Positions 48,801-61,550 of a stretch of DNA of 64,000 nt are shown piece by piece. The stretch lies in NCBI GenBank assembly GCA_004022145.1, contig RCNU01000002.1. The stretch is one strand, 5' to 3'. Both the position numbers and the translations under genes were made by a program. The notes below the pieces were generated by a model. That model was not told where the DNA came from, ran no database searches, and saw only the letters and a list, made by a program, of their open reading frames with translations. The stretch's first letter is position 1; the number at the start of each line of letters is the position of its first letter. This DNA is from Paecilomyces variotii (Eukaryota).

Positions 48801-51462
48801 TCTGAAGAGTGTGATTGCCATGCTTGAGAAGGATCCGAATCTGCTTGATAGGGATGCCTCCGTCATGCGGGTTATCCTCAGATGTGCGACCGATGCGTCC
48901 CCCATGGTCAGAGATTCGGCGCTCTCACTCATTGCAAAATGTATAACTCTCAAGCCAGCACTGGAGGAAGAGGGTTGCCGGACCATTTTAGCTTGCGCCG
49001 CAGATCCAACTCCCGGAGTCAGGAAGCGTTGCATTGGACTGTTGAAGGACATTTACCTGAAGACCGCGCGGAATGAGCTTAAACTTGCAATGCTGGACAG
49101 CCTCCTCCAACGCACTGGAGACGTTGAGGAAGGTGTGGCTCTTCAAGCTCGCCAGACTTTTGAAGAGATCTGGTTGACTCCTTTCCACAATTCTATCGAC
49201 TCGATCCAAGACGCGCCGAAGTTGAAAGTTGCATTGTCAAAGCAGGTCTCTCTCATAATCAATCTGATCAGGCGGAGTGAAGCTGCTGTGGACAGTCTCG
49301 GCTCATTCCTAAAGAAGATCTTGTCTGACAGCTGCAAGACTGCGCCTGCGAATTTCAAAGTATGCAAGGCAATGGTCTCGAACATGTTTGACCGACTTGT
49401 TGATGACGCAGAGCTGTCGGACAAGGAACATCAGCAAGCTCTATTGCAAACGATCACGGTTTTCGCCAAAGCAAATGCCAAACTTTTCAGCCCTGATCAG
49501 TTGAAAACATTACACCCGTACATTGGCCATCTTGTCACTGCAGATGACCTCTATATCTTCAAATCTGTCGTCGTGATCTACCGCTGCGTTTTACCGTATG
49601 TATCTACGGCCCACAATACTCTCTTGAAGGAAGTTCAGAATGACCTCTTCAAGAGTGTCGCGAAACTTGCACGAGTGGAGTTGAACGAGGTCATGGCGTG
49701 TTTGTGGACCATTAACGGGGTGCTACAGAATACCGAGCGGTTGGTCAAGCTTACGATATCTGTCTTGAAGGGCATCGAGCAAGCCAAGAAAGTAAACCTT
49801 GCCGAGAGCGGCAAGGCAGACGTCTTGGCCCGCGCGAGAAGCTATGTGCGTATTGCGGGTTGCGTGGGAAGGTATTGCGACCTGGAGCAGTATGCACCGC
49901 ATTTTAAGAATGCTTTTCCAGGTTGGAAGGGAGGTTCGGTCGCTGGTCTGATGGTGGATTCCATAATTCCTTTCACATCGCCAAAGCAGCCTGTCGAACT
50001 GCGAGTTATGGCTTTAGAGAGTCTGGGATCTATATGTCAATCTTGGCCAGCGCAGTTTGGTCGGGAAGAATCTAGGCGGGTCTTCTCTCAGGTCTTCAAG
50101 GAGGATAACGCCAATCTGCAGAATATTGTGCTGAAGGCCTTTTCCGAGTTCTTTGCCATCCATGAAGGCAAGTCAGAGAAATTGGTACAGCCTTCCACAG
50201 GAGACACGGAGAATACCACTAGGCTAGGAGGCTCTCTCAAGGCAAGCGATAATGATGGAGCAGCGGCATTGATTGCCCAACATTTCCTGCGCGATATGCT
50301 ACGGGTTGCCCAGTCGCGGCAAGATACTTACTCATTGACTGCCATTGAGCTTATTGCAAGCATAAACCGTCAAGGTCTTGTTCATCCGAAAGAGTGCGCA
50401 GGTGTCCTCGTTTCCCTGGAGACCTCAACTATACCAGCGATCGCTAAAGTTGCTTTCGACACGCACAAAATGCTCCACCTGCAGTACGAGTCCATGTTTG
50501 ATAGAGAGTATATGAGAGCAGTCCAAGATGCTTTCTATTACCAGCGTGATGTTGTGGGTGATCCTATGGGAGCTGTGGCACGTCCCTATGCGGCGAAGCT
50601 GGCACCGCTGTTCGACATCATCAAGACAAGTAACAGCAAATATCAGAAGAAGTTCCTGGCGAACCTCTGCTCCAAAGTTAATTTCGAACTAAAGGACCTG
50701 GATGTGTCGGGAAACCCGCCCGAACACTTGTTACTCTCGAGGTTCTTGTGTCAGAATCTGGCTTTCTTCGAGTATGGACAATTGGCAGAATTACTCCCAA
50801 CCATCGGCTGCATGGAGCGCATCGTAGCTGCCACAGGCACCATTATTGGCCACTCGATCGAGACAGATATCTTCCCCACTACGGTGGAACCTCCTCCGCT
50901 CCTCCAGGAAGGTTTGGATAAACCAGTTGACATGGTGACCTTACCGACGTCGCACTCCATCAACCCCCAGACCCTGCGGCAATTGACCACTGCAGCCGCA
51001 GCTCTGTCGATGTTATGGGAGGCTCGTACTCACCTCCGCCGTCTCTATGGTATCAATTCTCACGTCCGCCAAAAAGAAGGCAAAAATACCGCCAAAGAAT
51101 TGAACAAACCTCCCACGAAGGTCCATGGGGTGACTGGAGATAGGTTTTGGGAGGCAATCACCAAGAACATGGCGTCCCTGGATAGTGAAGACAACATGCT
51201 CGCTAAATGTCGGGAGTTCGCAACTCTCCTCTCGATTGACGACGAATTGAAGGTTTCTGCACACGATGACGCCGAAGGGGACAGCGTTGACGAAGGCATG
51301 GACGTGGATGATATGGGAGCTTCATTTATCGCCAACGGGATGAAGCCAACGAAACGCAAGAACTCCGTTTCGAGTGGTGGCCCACCTAAGAGGCCGAAGG
51401 GGAGGAAGATGAGTGCCGGGAAGAAAAGGTCCAGCACTGAACCCGAGGATGACGGGTTCTAG
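45840..51462 (+). CDS. SCC2: Cohesin loader Scc2/Mis4/NIPBL, multi-exon
   Basis: RPLSVDEALRYSPMSS, FTEDLISVLGSTDWPAAELLL, DASPMVRDSAL, GVRKR and QGLVHPKECAGVLVSLETS; long HEAT-repeat protein. Confidence 0.96.
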
Positions 51463-52144
51463 GGGTAAAATAATGGAGGACCAAGGCGCTTACCATAGAG
51501 GATGTGGAACACACGAGGACCGGGTAATGGCGTTCTGGGAGTCAATATTATTTTCTTTTCTTTTGAGCACATCATTGGCGCGTGACACCTCTGGGAAGGA
51601 TTTCTCTTTTACCAGTGACATGCTGGAACTGCATCTGAGGCGCAGGCAGTCGACGGTGGGCGTGTTAATACCTGGAATCACCTGCCATGGTATCATGATT
51701 ACTGGACAGTTGCATATTAGACAACTAGTATTATTTGGGCCACTGGCCTCAGTGTCATCTATTTAATTGCTTGCGAATGTATATTCTAGTTTAATACTTG
51801 TGCTGTTATAACTCTCGTGTTTAGTCCAATTTGTGTAGGATCGTGTGCTAGTTAGATCGCCAACCGATTCAGCAGCAGCAGATCACACATTGATTGGGAT
51901 CTACATTGCTATTTTAGATTTATACGAGAACTGTTGCAGTTTTTCAATTAAAAGAATATTCATTGCTATGCGACTTTCACTGTCATTATGATCATAAACA
52001 CAGGCCGCCCTGTGGCGGTTGTCGTTCTTTGGTCCCCAAGACACGAATATACTGTACAATCAAGACTGACGGTTCTAGACCGAGCTCAGCCAGGGGATCC
52101 GAGAGACAGCGCACATAATAGATGGCTTTTAGGTCATTCCAATC

Positions 52145-53880
52145 TTAGTGATAGATATCGCTGTGATCCGCCTTGATCAGATCAGCTCCCTTCTCGCCAA
52201 TCATGTACACAGAGTTCTGGATGCGGCAGTCCGGGATGACAGGGATGATGGAAGCGTCGATAACACGGAGGTTCTTGATTCCGTGGACCTTGAGCTTCGG
52301 GTCTACCACTCCTTGGTCGATGTTCTTCGACAGGCGGTTGGTGCCGCAAGGATGGAAAGCAGTCTGGCAGCGATCCAAAACAGCGTGGTTCATCGCCACA
52401 TCATCGTCCAGGGGCATCTCCCAGGGGTATTCACCTACGACGATGTCCTTGAAGCCTTCACCCTTGGTAAGGACATCATAACTGAACCTGATACCTTCTC
52501 GCATGGCAATGATGTCAAGGTCATTGGAGAAGAAGTTCAGGTTGATGTTAGGCTGCACGAGTGGATCCGCGCTGTTGAGAGTCACCTCGCCGGGGTCAGA
52601 GATAGGGCGCACCAGGTCAACGACCGTGGTCATATAGCAACCCTTCTTAGGAACGGGATAGTGCCATTGGAAGGCGCTACCGAACATACAGACGAAGTCA
52701 AGTTCGAAGTGTGGCTGTCCGTATGGGCAAAATGGGTCCTTGCCCCCATTCGCGGCCTTTGCCTGACGGTATTTCGGGTCTCTTTCCAGATACTCGTCGA
52801 TGCGAGGGAAACCCACGAGCTCCAGAAGACCAGAGCCCACAGGACCGGTGTGGTCTTTCTTATAGGCGCTTATGGCAGCCTGGTTCTGGGGAGTCGGTCG
52901 CAGAAGGACATCGTCCATGCCGTAGCCATCCTTGACCTGCAAGACGAAGGACCTGGGTGGTCGATCAGGTTCTGACCGACGTGGCGGGAGTCCACGACGA
53001 CCTCGATACCGTGTTTCTCAAGTTCATGACGCGGTCCAATACCACTTAGCATGAGCAGCTTAGGACTCTCGAAGACTCCCTGAGAGACGATGACCTCGCG
53101 ATTGGCGTAGAAGCTCAGCTCATTGCCAGAGGCATCAATGACGGTCACTCCCTTAGCAACACGGCTGGCTTTATCAATGATCAAGTTCTTTGAGTGAACT
53201 TGAGGTAGGATAGTGATATTTGGCTTTCCCTTCAAGAACAGATAACTTCCAGAACGTACGCCCTTGTAGATTGAATCGACACAATGGGTCAAACCGATCA
53301 TTTCTCCGTCGTAAATATTCTCGGTCAGGGGTAAACCCCGTGAGGTCCAGGCCTTTGTAATGTTGTCGCGGAAATCAACCAGGGCGTCAATCAACTCCGA
53401 ATGGGCAATATTGAGAGGGCCGCCTGTTCCGATTTTCTTTAAGCTGGAGTTGTAAAACTGGCCATCGTCGTGGTAGGTTGCACTCTTGCGGAAATAAGGC
53501 AGGAGAGGATCCCAAGTCCATTCCTTGCCTCCATACTCCTCCCACATATCGAAGGTGGGTTTACAACCCGGGACCCAGGTGAAGTAATTGAGAGAAGAGC
53601 TTCCACCGAGGATTTTGCCACGAGTGTTGGGCTTCTCGATACGCTCGTAGTCGTCGCGTTTGACAAGCGTGGTCTTGTAAGCCCAGTCATACTGGCCGCC
53701 GCGGAGGTTCTGGGCATTTGAGGGCACAGTGATTTCTTCGATATTTTCCGAATCCTTCACACCCGCTTCGACAACAAGGACATTGATATTGGGATTTTCG
53801 GCCAGACGACCTGCGACGACGTTACCCGCGGTACCGCCTCCAACGACGATGAAGTCGAAATGGGTTCCGCTCTTAGCCAT
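52145..53880 (-). pseudogene. GMC oxidoreductase (choline/glucose dehydrogenase-like), split by a frameshift at about 52950; pseudogene or sequence error
   Basis: FDFIVVGGGTAG, RGKILGGSSSLN, SPKLLMLSGIG and GQNLIDH lie in one frame. TAFHPCGT and LRVIDASIIP...YMIGEK lie in another. The junction is CAC CCA GGT CC TTC GTC TTG with no usable intron. Confidence 0.85.
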
Positions 53881-56800
53881 GATGGTTTAAATAATCATAT
53901 GAAGAACAGCTTGTTCTTCAACACCTTTCGATATGTGGGATGTTCAAAGGACTGATTGAATTGTTGAAAGTATTCAGTCCTTGGAGTCCGTCATTATATA
54001 CGTTCGAGCTTCCCAGATCCTTCAAGTATCGATCCCTTCGTCATATTGCGGGTGCGCGGTACACGTCCCTCTCGTCGGAAAGTCTATAATACTGCAATGA
54101 CCGGTTTCGTAATCATGTACATCATCGAGTCTTCACCTTGTGGGTGGTCGATGTCAATCGATTTTACCCAGATGTCATGTTAACGTACGAACGCGGGATT
54201 CTCTGGTTGCAGGGCGGAGCGCGGGTTCTCCGTGTTTTTCATCTCCCTCGTCCAAGATCAAAAGGGATCAAGGTCAATTGTATCACTTTGTTCGCCACCG
54301 CAATGCTTTGTCCTGCTTGGAACATGCGGAGTATGACAGATCTACTACTACTCGATGCGGAATGGGACAAGGAAGATCTATTAACGAAAAGACCCAGATG
54401 AACGGGAAATAAATCCAAGGTCAATCATACCGAGCCTGTATCTGACTGATATGTGGATATGTAGATCACTTTAGTTGGGGTATTTATTTTTATAGTAGTT
54501 GGTAGTTTGATTGACAGATTACTTGAACCTCGATAGGTTTAGCGCCCGTCAGGAAACTTGATCAGAACAGCAGTTCGATTAGTTAGTAGATCCACCCCAT
54601 GATGGCATTGATGTGATGGATATCGATTCCGCATCCACTGCGAGATTTACCATCTTTCGAACGTTGCATTGCATTCTATGGTGAGTCCTGCATTACGAGA
54701 TACAAATGCAGCTTTCGCATTCAATGGCTAAGCTCTACCCCCGATCGTAGAGTCATTAATATTACTATCCTGATATTTTGCTGCGAGTAGCTGTTCCACT
54801 GAACTCACAGGTTCAGGCAAATATGACGTATAAGATCAAGTAAATAGGTAATCCGGAAATTCCGATATGACATCTCCATCGATTCTGAGCCGGACGAAAA
54901 CAGTTAAGGTTACGGGACGAGATATAAAGTGAGTTAATGACCACCTCAAGACCGTTGAGTATTTTTAGGGACCATTGTGATCGGCGGTTGACAGGTTGGT
55001 ATGCATGCGGAGAAGCACTCCCGAGGATACAGATCAAGCATTCCGTCATTTTATTTGCTCATAGTTGCAATGCTTGTCTTACAACGCTGTTATACGACAG
55101 GTACGAAGATTTGGTGGGATAACAATGTCAGCGCGCGACCTGCCGTGTCCAATGTTTGCAGATTCTTTGATATGGATAGAATCTGCTATATCCATAGGGA
55201 TACATCATTCTTGCCAACTCTCTGACATATACACCTTGCTTCCATGCGCCAGAGGATTCCGCAAGTTATTATAGTTACGTCTTTCAAAACATGTTTCTTG
55301 CTTGTTTTAGACTTGTGGAAGGATTCTGTTAGAGATCCAGGCAGACCAACACGAAGGTCTCCTTTTAGTCAACTGGCAGAAAGCCATCATATTCCTTTTG
55401 GTCCTAGTTAAGAGCATCCAATGATTGTTAATCTGACGAATCCTAACTCTTCACTATGTTGGACCCTGCCAGTTGAGTGGCTACCACTGTTAAGTGCAAG
55501 TGAAGAGAAGAGGTTCCTGATATTGTCATTACCAGCGGCAAGTACGCCGGAAGCGGTGTTTGTGTTGTCATTGTAGTGTAGTTCGAAAAACGGCGCTGTG
55601 GGCGCGCTTAATTAGTGTCCTGGTTTAAGGATTCAGACTCATCTACCCCAGATCCCTAAGAACAGATTAATGTATTGATAATAGCTGTTCTATGTTATTT
55701 TTATTATCAGCTTCTGCTATCAAAACTGACCCATGTATGTGTAGTACTGGTATGGTATATATTGTTCCCAGCTTTTCTGGATCACGCGGCATATGCACTA
55801 CAAAAAGTATTGAACGACCGCAGGCAGTAGGGACGAGAAGGATTCAGCTTTTTACATAAATTTATCGTCAAGACCCCGAGCAAGCACAGGTGTTTTTATA
55901 AACTTATATCCAATCGTCAAAAGATTGCTGCACCAACAAACATGATTTTCACTCCGGCGAATAAGATACTCTAAGGCAGGAAGAAATTTTGATGTCCAAT
56001 CCGGTCATCCATGGCACCAGGGTTATCTATCGTTGACGAAAGTGGCATATCCAGGGACACGGGGGACACGTGGGGATGAAGCGTGGAGGGTTGTCCTTGA
56101 GCCACGTTCGAGAAATGTGCCTTGGCTTCCAATGTTAATAAACAGAGGGATGTTTTCTTATTGGCTGGCCTGTGCCTGTTACATATACATACTCTAGAAA
56201 TAATAAGATGAGGACTATGGTAGAACTTTTTGCTTGGCTTGGGTGTATCTATATCCGGCTTCCCTAAGCTGTCCATAGCGATGTAACGCGGGAAAGTCTA
56301 TCTAGATCTAAAACAAGCAACGCTGTTGTCTATCAACAGGCCCTGCGTACTTTCCCGTAGCACTAAGGTACACTTAAAGGGTAACTGTCCACGCACAGAT
56401 TCACCGGGTCTCGAACTGGCATAGATAAGTCGTAGAGTGCGGTCTCGTGTGGGGACAGAGAATATATTATTATGTTTCGAAACTCCGTTCTTTGGAGGGA
56501 ACAAGCCGACCGTAACCGTACTGAACCATGTAGAGTATTAGTTTCTATAGATATGGAATAGGCCGCGAGAAGACAAGAGTACTACTACTAGTTCTCAGCT
56601 CCGAGCAGGCTCCTTTGATCGGAGTTGGCGCTGCCGACTTTCCCGCCTGGTGAATCGGTGAGAGACCGAAGATGCCGAAAGCCGGAGGGTCACGTGAGTG
56701 CCAGCCGCGCAGGGGCCGATGACGTTGGTTCCAAGTTGCCAGTGCGTCAACAAGATAGTACCTAGTTAGTAGGTAGTTAATAGTTATGTGATTATCTTCT

Positions 56801-56995
56801 ACTGAGTATCTCTAGTCTGAACTCATCTCTGCAATCCATCGCTGTCATTCTCTCCTCTCATCACGGCCTCGTGTTTCCGTACGGTCACGTTCTTTTCGTC
56901 CTCCCTTGATGCCAATGGCTTTGCGTAGGTTCACTTGACTGGCTTTCGTTCCCTGTCGACGTACCCTTCGCTGAGCTCGCGTGTTGCAACTCGTC

Positions 56996-59346
56996 ATGCA
57001 CACGAGTTTCCTGCGACGTAAACTGGACTACTCAACGCTGAAGAGAGTTGGGCTGCAGTCCTCGCGATTCAATGGCTTCCTGAAATCGGTCCCTGCGGGG
57101 ATCAGCTCCCCCAGAGCCCTCCATGTTCCTCGCCGCATACCCGTCACCCAATATCGGAGGGTCCAGCAACTCTCTCGTCCGTCGCCCTTCCTCGCAATTC
57201 CCATCAGACACAAGTCTGTGTCGGCGAAAATACAGGCGGCGAGACGATCGCCTGTTGTAAATTTTCTATACAAGCTCTTTGCGCTCTCCGGGTTTTTCAT
57301 CATTTCCAGCGGTGCCGCCATTGTCGCGTTCTTCATCTACGATGCCACCACCTATCGCGAGGATCCCAACGCGGAGGATGTTCCTGTGTCAGAGTTGGCG
57401 TTGAACCCCAGACGGGGTGGCCCCAAGAATCTCCCCATAGCAGAGGTTCTGATCGATGATAATGACTCGGATGCCATGGTGGCCCAGAGGGATAAACCGA
57501 AGTTGGTGATACTTGGGACCGGATGGGGAAGCGTTTCGCTGTTGAAGAATCTGAACCCGGGTGACTATCATGTGACTATTGTATCGCCAGTCAACTACTT
57601 CCTATTTACTCCGTTGCTACCCTCTGCGACAACAGGGACGCTGGGGCTCAGATCTTTGGTCGACCCTATCCGACGGATTGTGCAGCATCTGAACGCCCAT
57701 TTCGTCAAAGCTGAGGCGGAAGATGTCGATTTCTCGCATAAGCTGGTAGAAGTATCTCAGGTGGACGCAAATGGAAATAAGCAGCACTTCTATCTGCCGT
57801 ATGACAAACTCGTTATCGGCGTGGGTACGTGATGAAGTTCAGATATGAGGGGTCTCTTCCAGTCAACGCTGATGTTAAAAAAACAGGTTCTACCACCAAT
57901 CCCCATGGAGTAAAGGGTCTAGAATACTGTCACTTCCTCAAGTCAGTCGATAATGCTAGAGCCATCAAGAACAAGGTGTTGGAGAACCTGGAACTTGCGT
58001 GTTTGCCCACAACTTCTGATGAAGAGCGGAAACGGCTGTTGTCTTTCGTGGTTTGCGGCGGTGGTCCCACTGGTGTCGAATTCGCCGCAGAACTCTACGA
58101 TTTGCTGAACGAGGATCTCCTCTACGCCTTTCCAAAGATCCTGAGGAACGAGATATCGGTCCACGTTATCCAGAGTCGAAGCCACATTCTCAACACGTAC
58201 GATGAGGCACTTTCGAAGTATGCCGAGGTAGGTTTGATCTACTGGTCCCCTCATTTTGAGCGTGATGTTGACGGTTGAAGGCCCGTTTTGCCCATGACCA
58301 GGTCGAGGTTTTGACCAACTCTCGGGTCAAGGAAGTCCGACAGGACAAGATCCTCTTCACCCAGAAGGAAGGTGATAAGACTGTCGTGAAGGAGATCCCA
58401 ATGGGTTTCTGTCTCTGGTCAACCGGTGTCTGTGAGTACCAACCGCGTGGAAATAATCACTCAGGGAACAGAAGACTAATCATTGATTCCAGCTCAAACC
58501 GAATTTGCCAAGAAGATTGCAAAGAAGCTTCAAGGACAAAATAACAAGCATGCTCTTGAGACCGATTCTCACCTGCGACTCATTGGCGCACCCTTGGGCG
58601 ATGTCTATGCTATTGGCGACTGCTCCACGGTTCAGAACAACTTGGCAGACCACCTTGTCACCTTCCTGCGCACTCTAGCCTGGGAAAAGGGCAAGGACCC
58701 AGAAAAGATCCATTTGTCTTTCAAGGAATGGAGAGAGGTTGCAAACCGAGTCAAGAAGCGTTTCCCTCAGGCATCCAGCCACTTGCGTCGGGTTGACAAA
58801 CTCTTCGAAGAGTACGACAAAGACCAGTCTGGGACTCTCGACTTCGGCGAACTTCATGAACTTCTCCGCCAGATTGACTCCAAGCTGACCTCCCTTCCGG
58901 CTACCGCACAGCGCGCTAATCAGCAAGGCCAGTATCTTGGAAAGAAATTCAACAAGATCGCCGCCGCACTTCCGGGCATGAGAGCCAACGAAATCGACTA
59001 CGGTGACCTTGACGAGGCTGTCTACAAGGCATTCCAATACAGACATCTCGGTAGCCTCGCCTATGTCGGAAATGCAGCAGTGTTCGATTTTGGCGGTCTC
59101 AATTTTAGCGGCGGCCTTTTGGCGGTCTACCTTTGGCGCAGTGTCTACTTTGCTGAGAGTGTCAGCTTGCGCACCCGTATCATGCTGGCTATGGATTGGG
59201 CTAAGAGAGCACTTTTTGGAAGAGGTACGCATATTTCCTATATCCCCCCCCCCAGATGAAAACGCTTCCTATTATCTTGCTGGCATATATATATATATGA
59301 CTACTTTCTAACATGTGGCCTTTGGATAGATTTGATGAACTTCTAG
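56996..59346 (+). CDS. Mitochondrial type-II NADH dehydrogenase with EF-hand (Neurospora NDE1/64-kDa type), multi-exon; start uncertain
   Basis: LVILGTGWG, FLFTPLLPS, VVCGGGPTGVEFAAE, AIGDC, EF-hand DKDQSGTLDFGEL, LPATAQRANQQG and YLWRSVY...FGR|DLMNF. Confidence 0.93.
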
Positions 59347-59831
59347 AGTCAACAAACCGCGTGTCAGCGTATGAAAGCTTAATGACTTCGGAAAGGATGT
59401 ATATGGGTCTTTGCAGGTGGTTCAGATCTATTATTTCGTTATCGTTGCGGTTTAACAGCCATCTAAGACAGATATTCCATGTATCTTACATTTAAAGCGA
59501 ATTGCCAAAAAGGTTTACTATCCTATGATGAAGAAGACACAATCGGTCCAGAAGTAAAATCAAATCGGGGTTTCTGACTATAGTTAAAGAGTAGTATGAT
59601 TATCAGATTTCGTCAACCCGCCACGGAGTGGATAACAATTGTTCAAGGTAGGTTTTGGAATCCTACATCGACTACCAAGTTATAAACGGGTTTGAGGATA
59701 TTGCAAGATTGCAGAGATGTCATAATCATATTCATGAGGTTTCATCATAGTTATCAATTATTTATTACTATCCATAGTTGATACAAAACCATAGACCGGC
59801 CATGTGGATAGGATCCCGCTTCAAGCGGCGA

Positions 59832-61033
59832 TCACGAGATCATCGCATCGAGATCTCCATTGTTAGTCATCACTGCATCATTTGAGCTGCCGTTGTGGCT
59901 TGAACGCCCACTGCCATCGTTGGCAGTCTTCTCAGGTACCAGTCCTAGGTCGAGTTTCTCGGGAAGGTCTTTCTTCGCTTCCCGGGCCTTCTGTTCTGCC
60001 CAAGCACGCAATTTTACAAGGTTACGCAGCCGGGCCTCTTTACGAGCGCCTTGGCTTTGCAGGATAGCTTCATTCACTTTGTTTGCGATGTCTTTTCGCA
60101 AATCAGGGTGAAGCAGAGAAGAGAGCTGAGGGGCCAGGTTCTCCGATGGGAATATTAACAAGGCCAAAGTGCGCTCCAAATCTTCAAGAAACTGAGGATT
60201 TGTGGGAGCTCTCGGGGCAAGTTCCGCAGTTGCGAAATCAAGAGCGGGGGTGATGTCTCCATTAGGAGAGGTAGTACACTTTCGGATTAGCTCCACTAGC
60301 TGCAAGCGGAGAAGCGAAAAGTGCAATGAAGGGTTTTCATCGAGGATCTGAGACGACTGTTAGTTACATCGAGCCATTCTGGACAACTGGTGGACGATAG
60401 AAATGACAGGAAGGTAAACGAATGTTGCTGTTCATACTGAGGACTGAAGATGTTTGTTTATCATCAACACCCCGAAGGGTGTATTATGAGTGGTGCATGA
60501 AACTGGTATAATCATAGCAAAAAAGGTGGGCAGGAAAAGCAAAGAAGTTCTGGATCAAACTCAAGGAGCATGCATACCTGAGGATTGAGCTCATTGATTT
60601 TCTCGATGGCTGTTTGGATATCCCCAGAGTGGATCGCGCTGCGAATCTCGACTCTTTCCTGGATTGACTCAACATCCAGCCTAGGTTGAATGTTGGCCTC
60701 AACAGCAAATCGCTTAGCAGCGGAGGGATAGCCGTTGGTAACGAGGTAGTCCATGACAAGGTAGTTGATGTCACTTCAGGTCCACAGTTAGCGACAATCA
60801 CCATACAAAAAATGCAGGCGAAAGAGAGACAAGAAATGTAATTCAGAAAGACAAGTTAACATATTCTCCTCAAGTGTTTTTCAGAGAGATTCCCAACTTG
60901 ATTTTTGACGCATCATGATAGGAAGCGACAGGTAGCATAGGAGAGTAACGTACGTTTTGGACGGTCTGACCTCGTCGACCTTGCGCTCGAAAGAGTGCCA
61001 TGTTGGCGTGTTAGCGGAGGAGCTGGGAGACAT
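59832..61033 (-). CDS. GID8: GID/CTLH complex subunit Gid8/TWA1 (LisH-CTLH-CRA), 3 exons; an in-frame upstream ATG lies at 61105
   Basis: DINYLVMDYLVTNGYPSAAKRFAVEA (LisH), AIEKINELNPQ|ILDENPSLHFSLLRLQLVELIR (CTLH) and FLEDLERTLALL (CRA). Confidence 0.93.
60425..60520 (-). ncRNA. Intronic box C/D snoRNA candidate, snR40/U32(SNORD32)-like
   Basis: C-like AUGAUUA, guide CAUGCACCAC (complementary to 18S GUGGUGCAUG), D'-like CAUA, hairpin ACACCC-UUCG-GGGUGU, C' UGAUGA, second guide CUUCAGUCCUCAG, D-like AUGA and terminal stem UUGCU/AGCAA. Confidence 0.72.
60838..60921 (-). ncRNA. Intronic box C/D snoRNA candidate, U79(SNORD79)-like
   Basis: C-like AUGAUGC, guide UGGGAAUCUC (complementary to LSU rRNA GAGAUUCCCA) followed by U-CUGA (D'), C'-like UUGAGGA and terminal CUGA (D). 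Confidence 0.8.
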
Positions 61034-61550
61034 CTGCCTGCTGTTAATACCAGAAGCGACGCGGTCGCGGAAACGTCGGGACCATACAAAGTCGGCAGAC
61101 GTCATGATGGGAAACGAAGGCTAGATGAATTCAGAGAGCTGAGCTCTAAGGGATTCTCCGGTGTTGAGAAGAAGGAGCAGGCAGCATAGCCAACGAGACG
61201 GAAGCCATGGAGGGATTCGTCTCGCGGCGAAGGTCTGGTGACGGAGAGGGAAAGGAAGAAGAAAAGCAGTGCGGGCGACGTTTTAAGGCGGAAGCGAAGG
61301 TCTTGGCCCTAAGCTTGAAAAAGCAGCCGAGCTAACCTGTTTCCGACCAAGCGAGACAAATTAGACGAGAAGCTCTCTAGCTTGCTTGCTATGTGCCACC
61401 AGCTTTCTGTCCCAGGTCTCTGCCTCCTGACCGGTAGAATCCAGCTTTTTTCTTTTGCTCTAGTCGGTCGAGGTTTGAGATTGGAGGACTGTATGTGGTT
61501 TTCTACGGCCGGTTCGTACTGGGATCAGGACAGGTTGTGACCATCTGGAG

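Noticed and set aside
52148-52975. 275-aa ORF antisense to the GMC gene
   Set aside because: It is in codon register with the sense frame and has no recognisable motifs, so it is best explained as a codon-bias shadow ORF.
58675-59232. 185-aa ORF antisense to the NADH dehydrogenase (similar cases at 33071-33745 and 35779-36258)
   Set aside because: These are shadow ORFs on strongly codon-biased genes.
59521-59583. ATGATGA...CTGA pair resembling a C/D snoRNA
   Set aside because: It is short (~53 nt box to box), lacks C'/D' boxes and a convincing rRNA complement, and lies in a convergent 3' UTR region.
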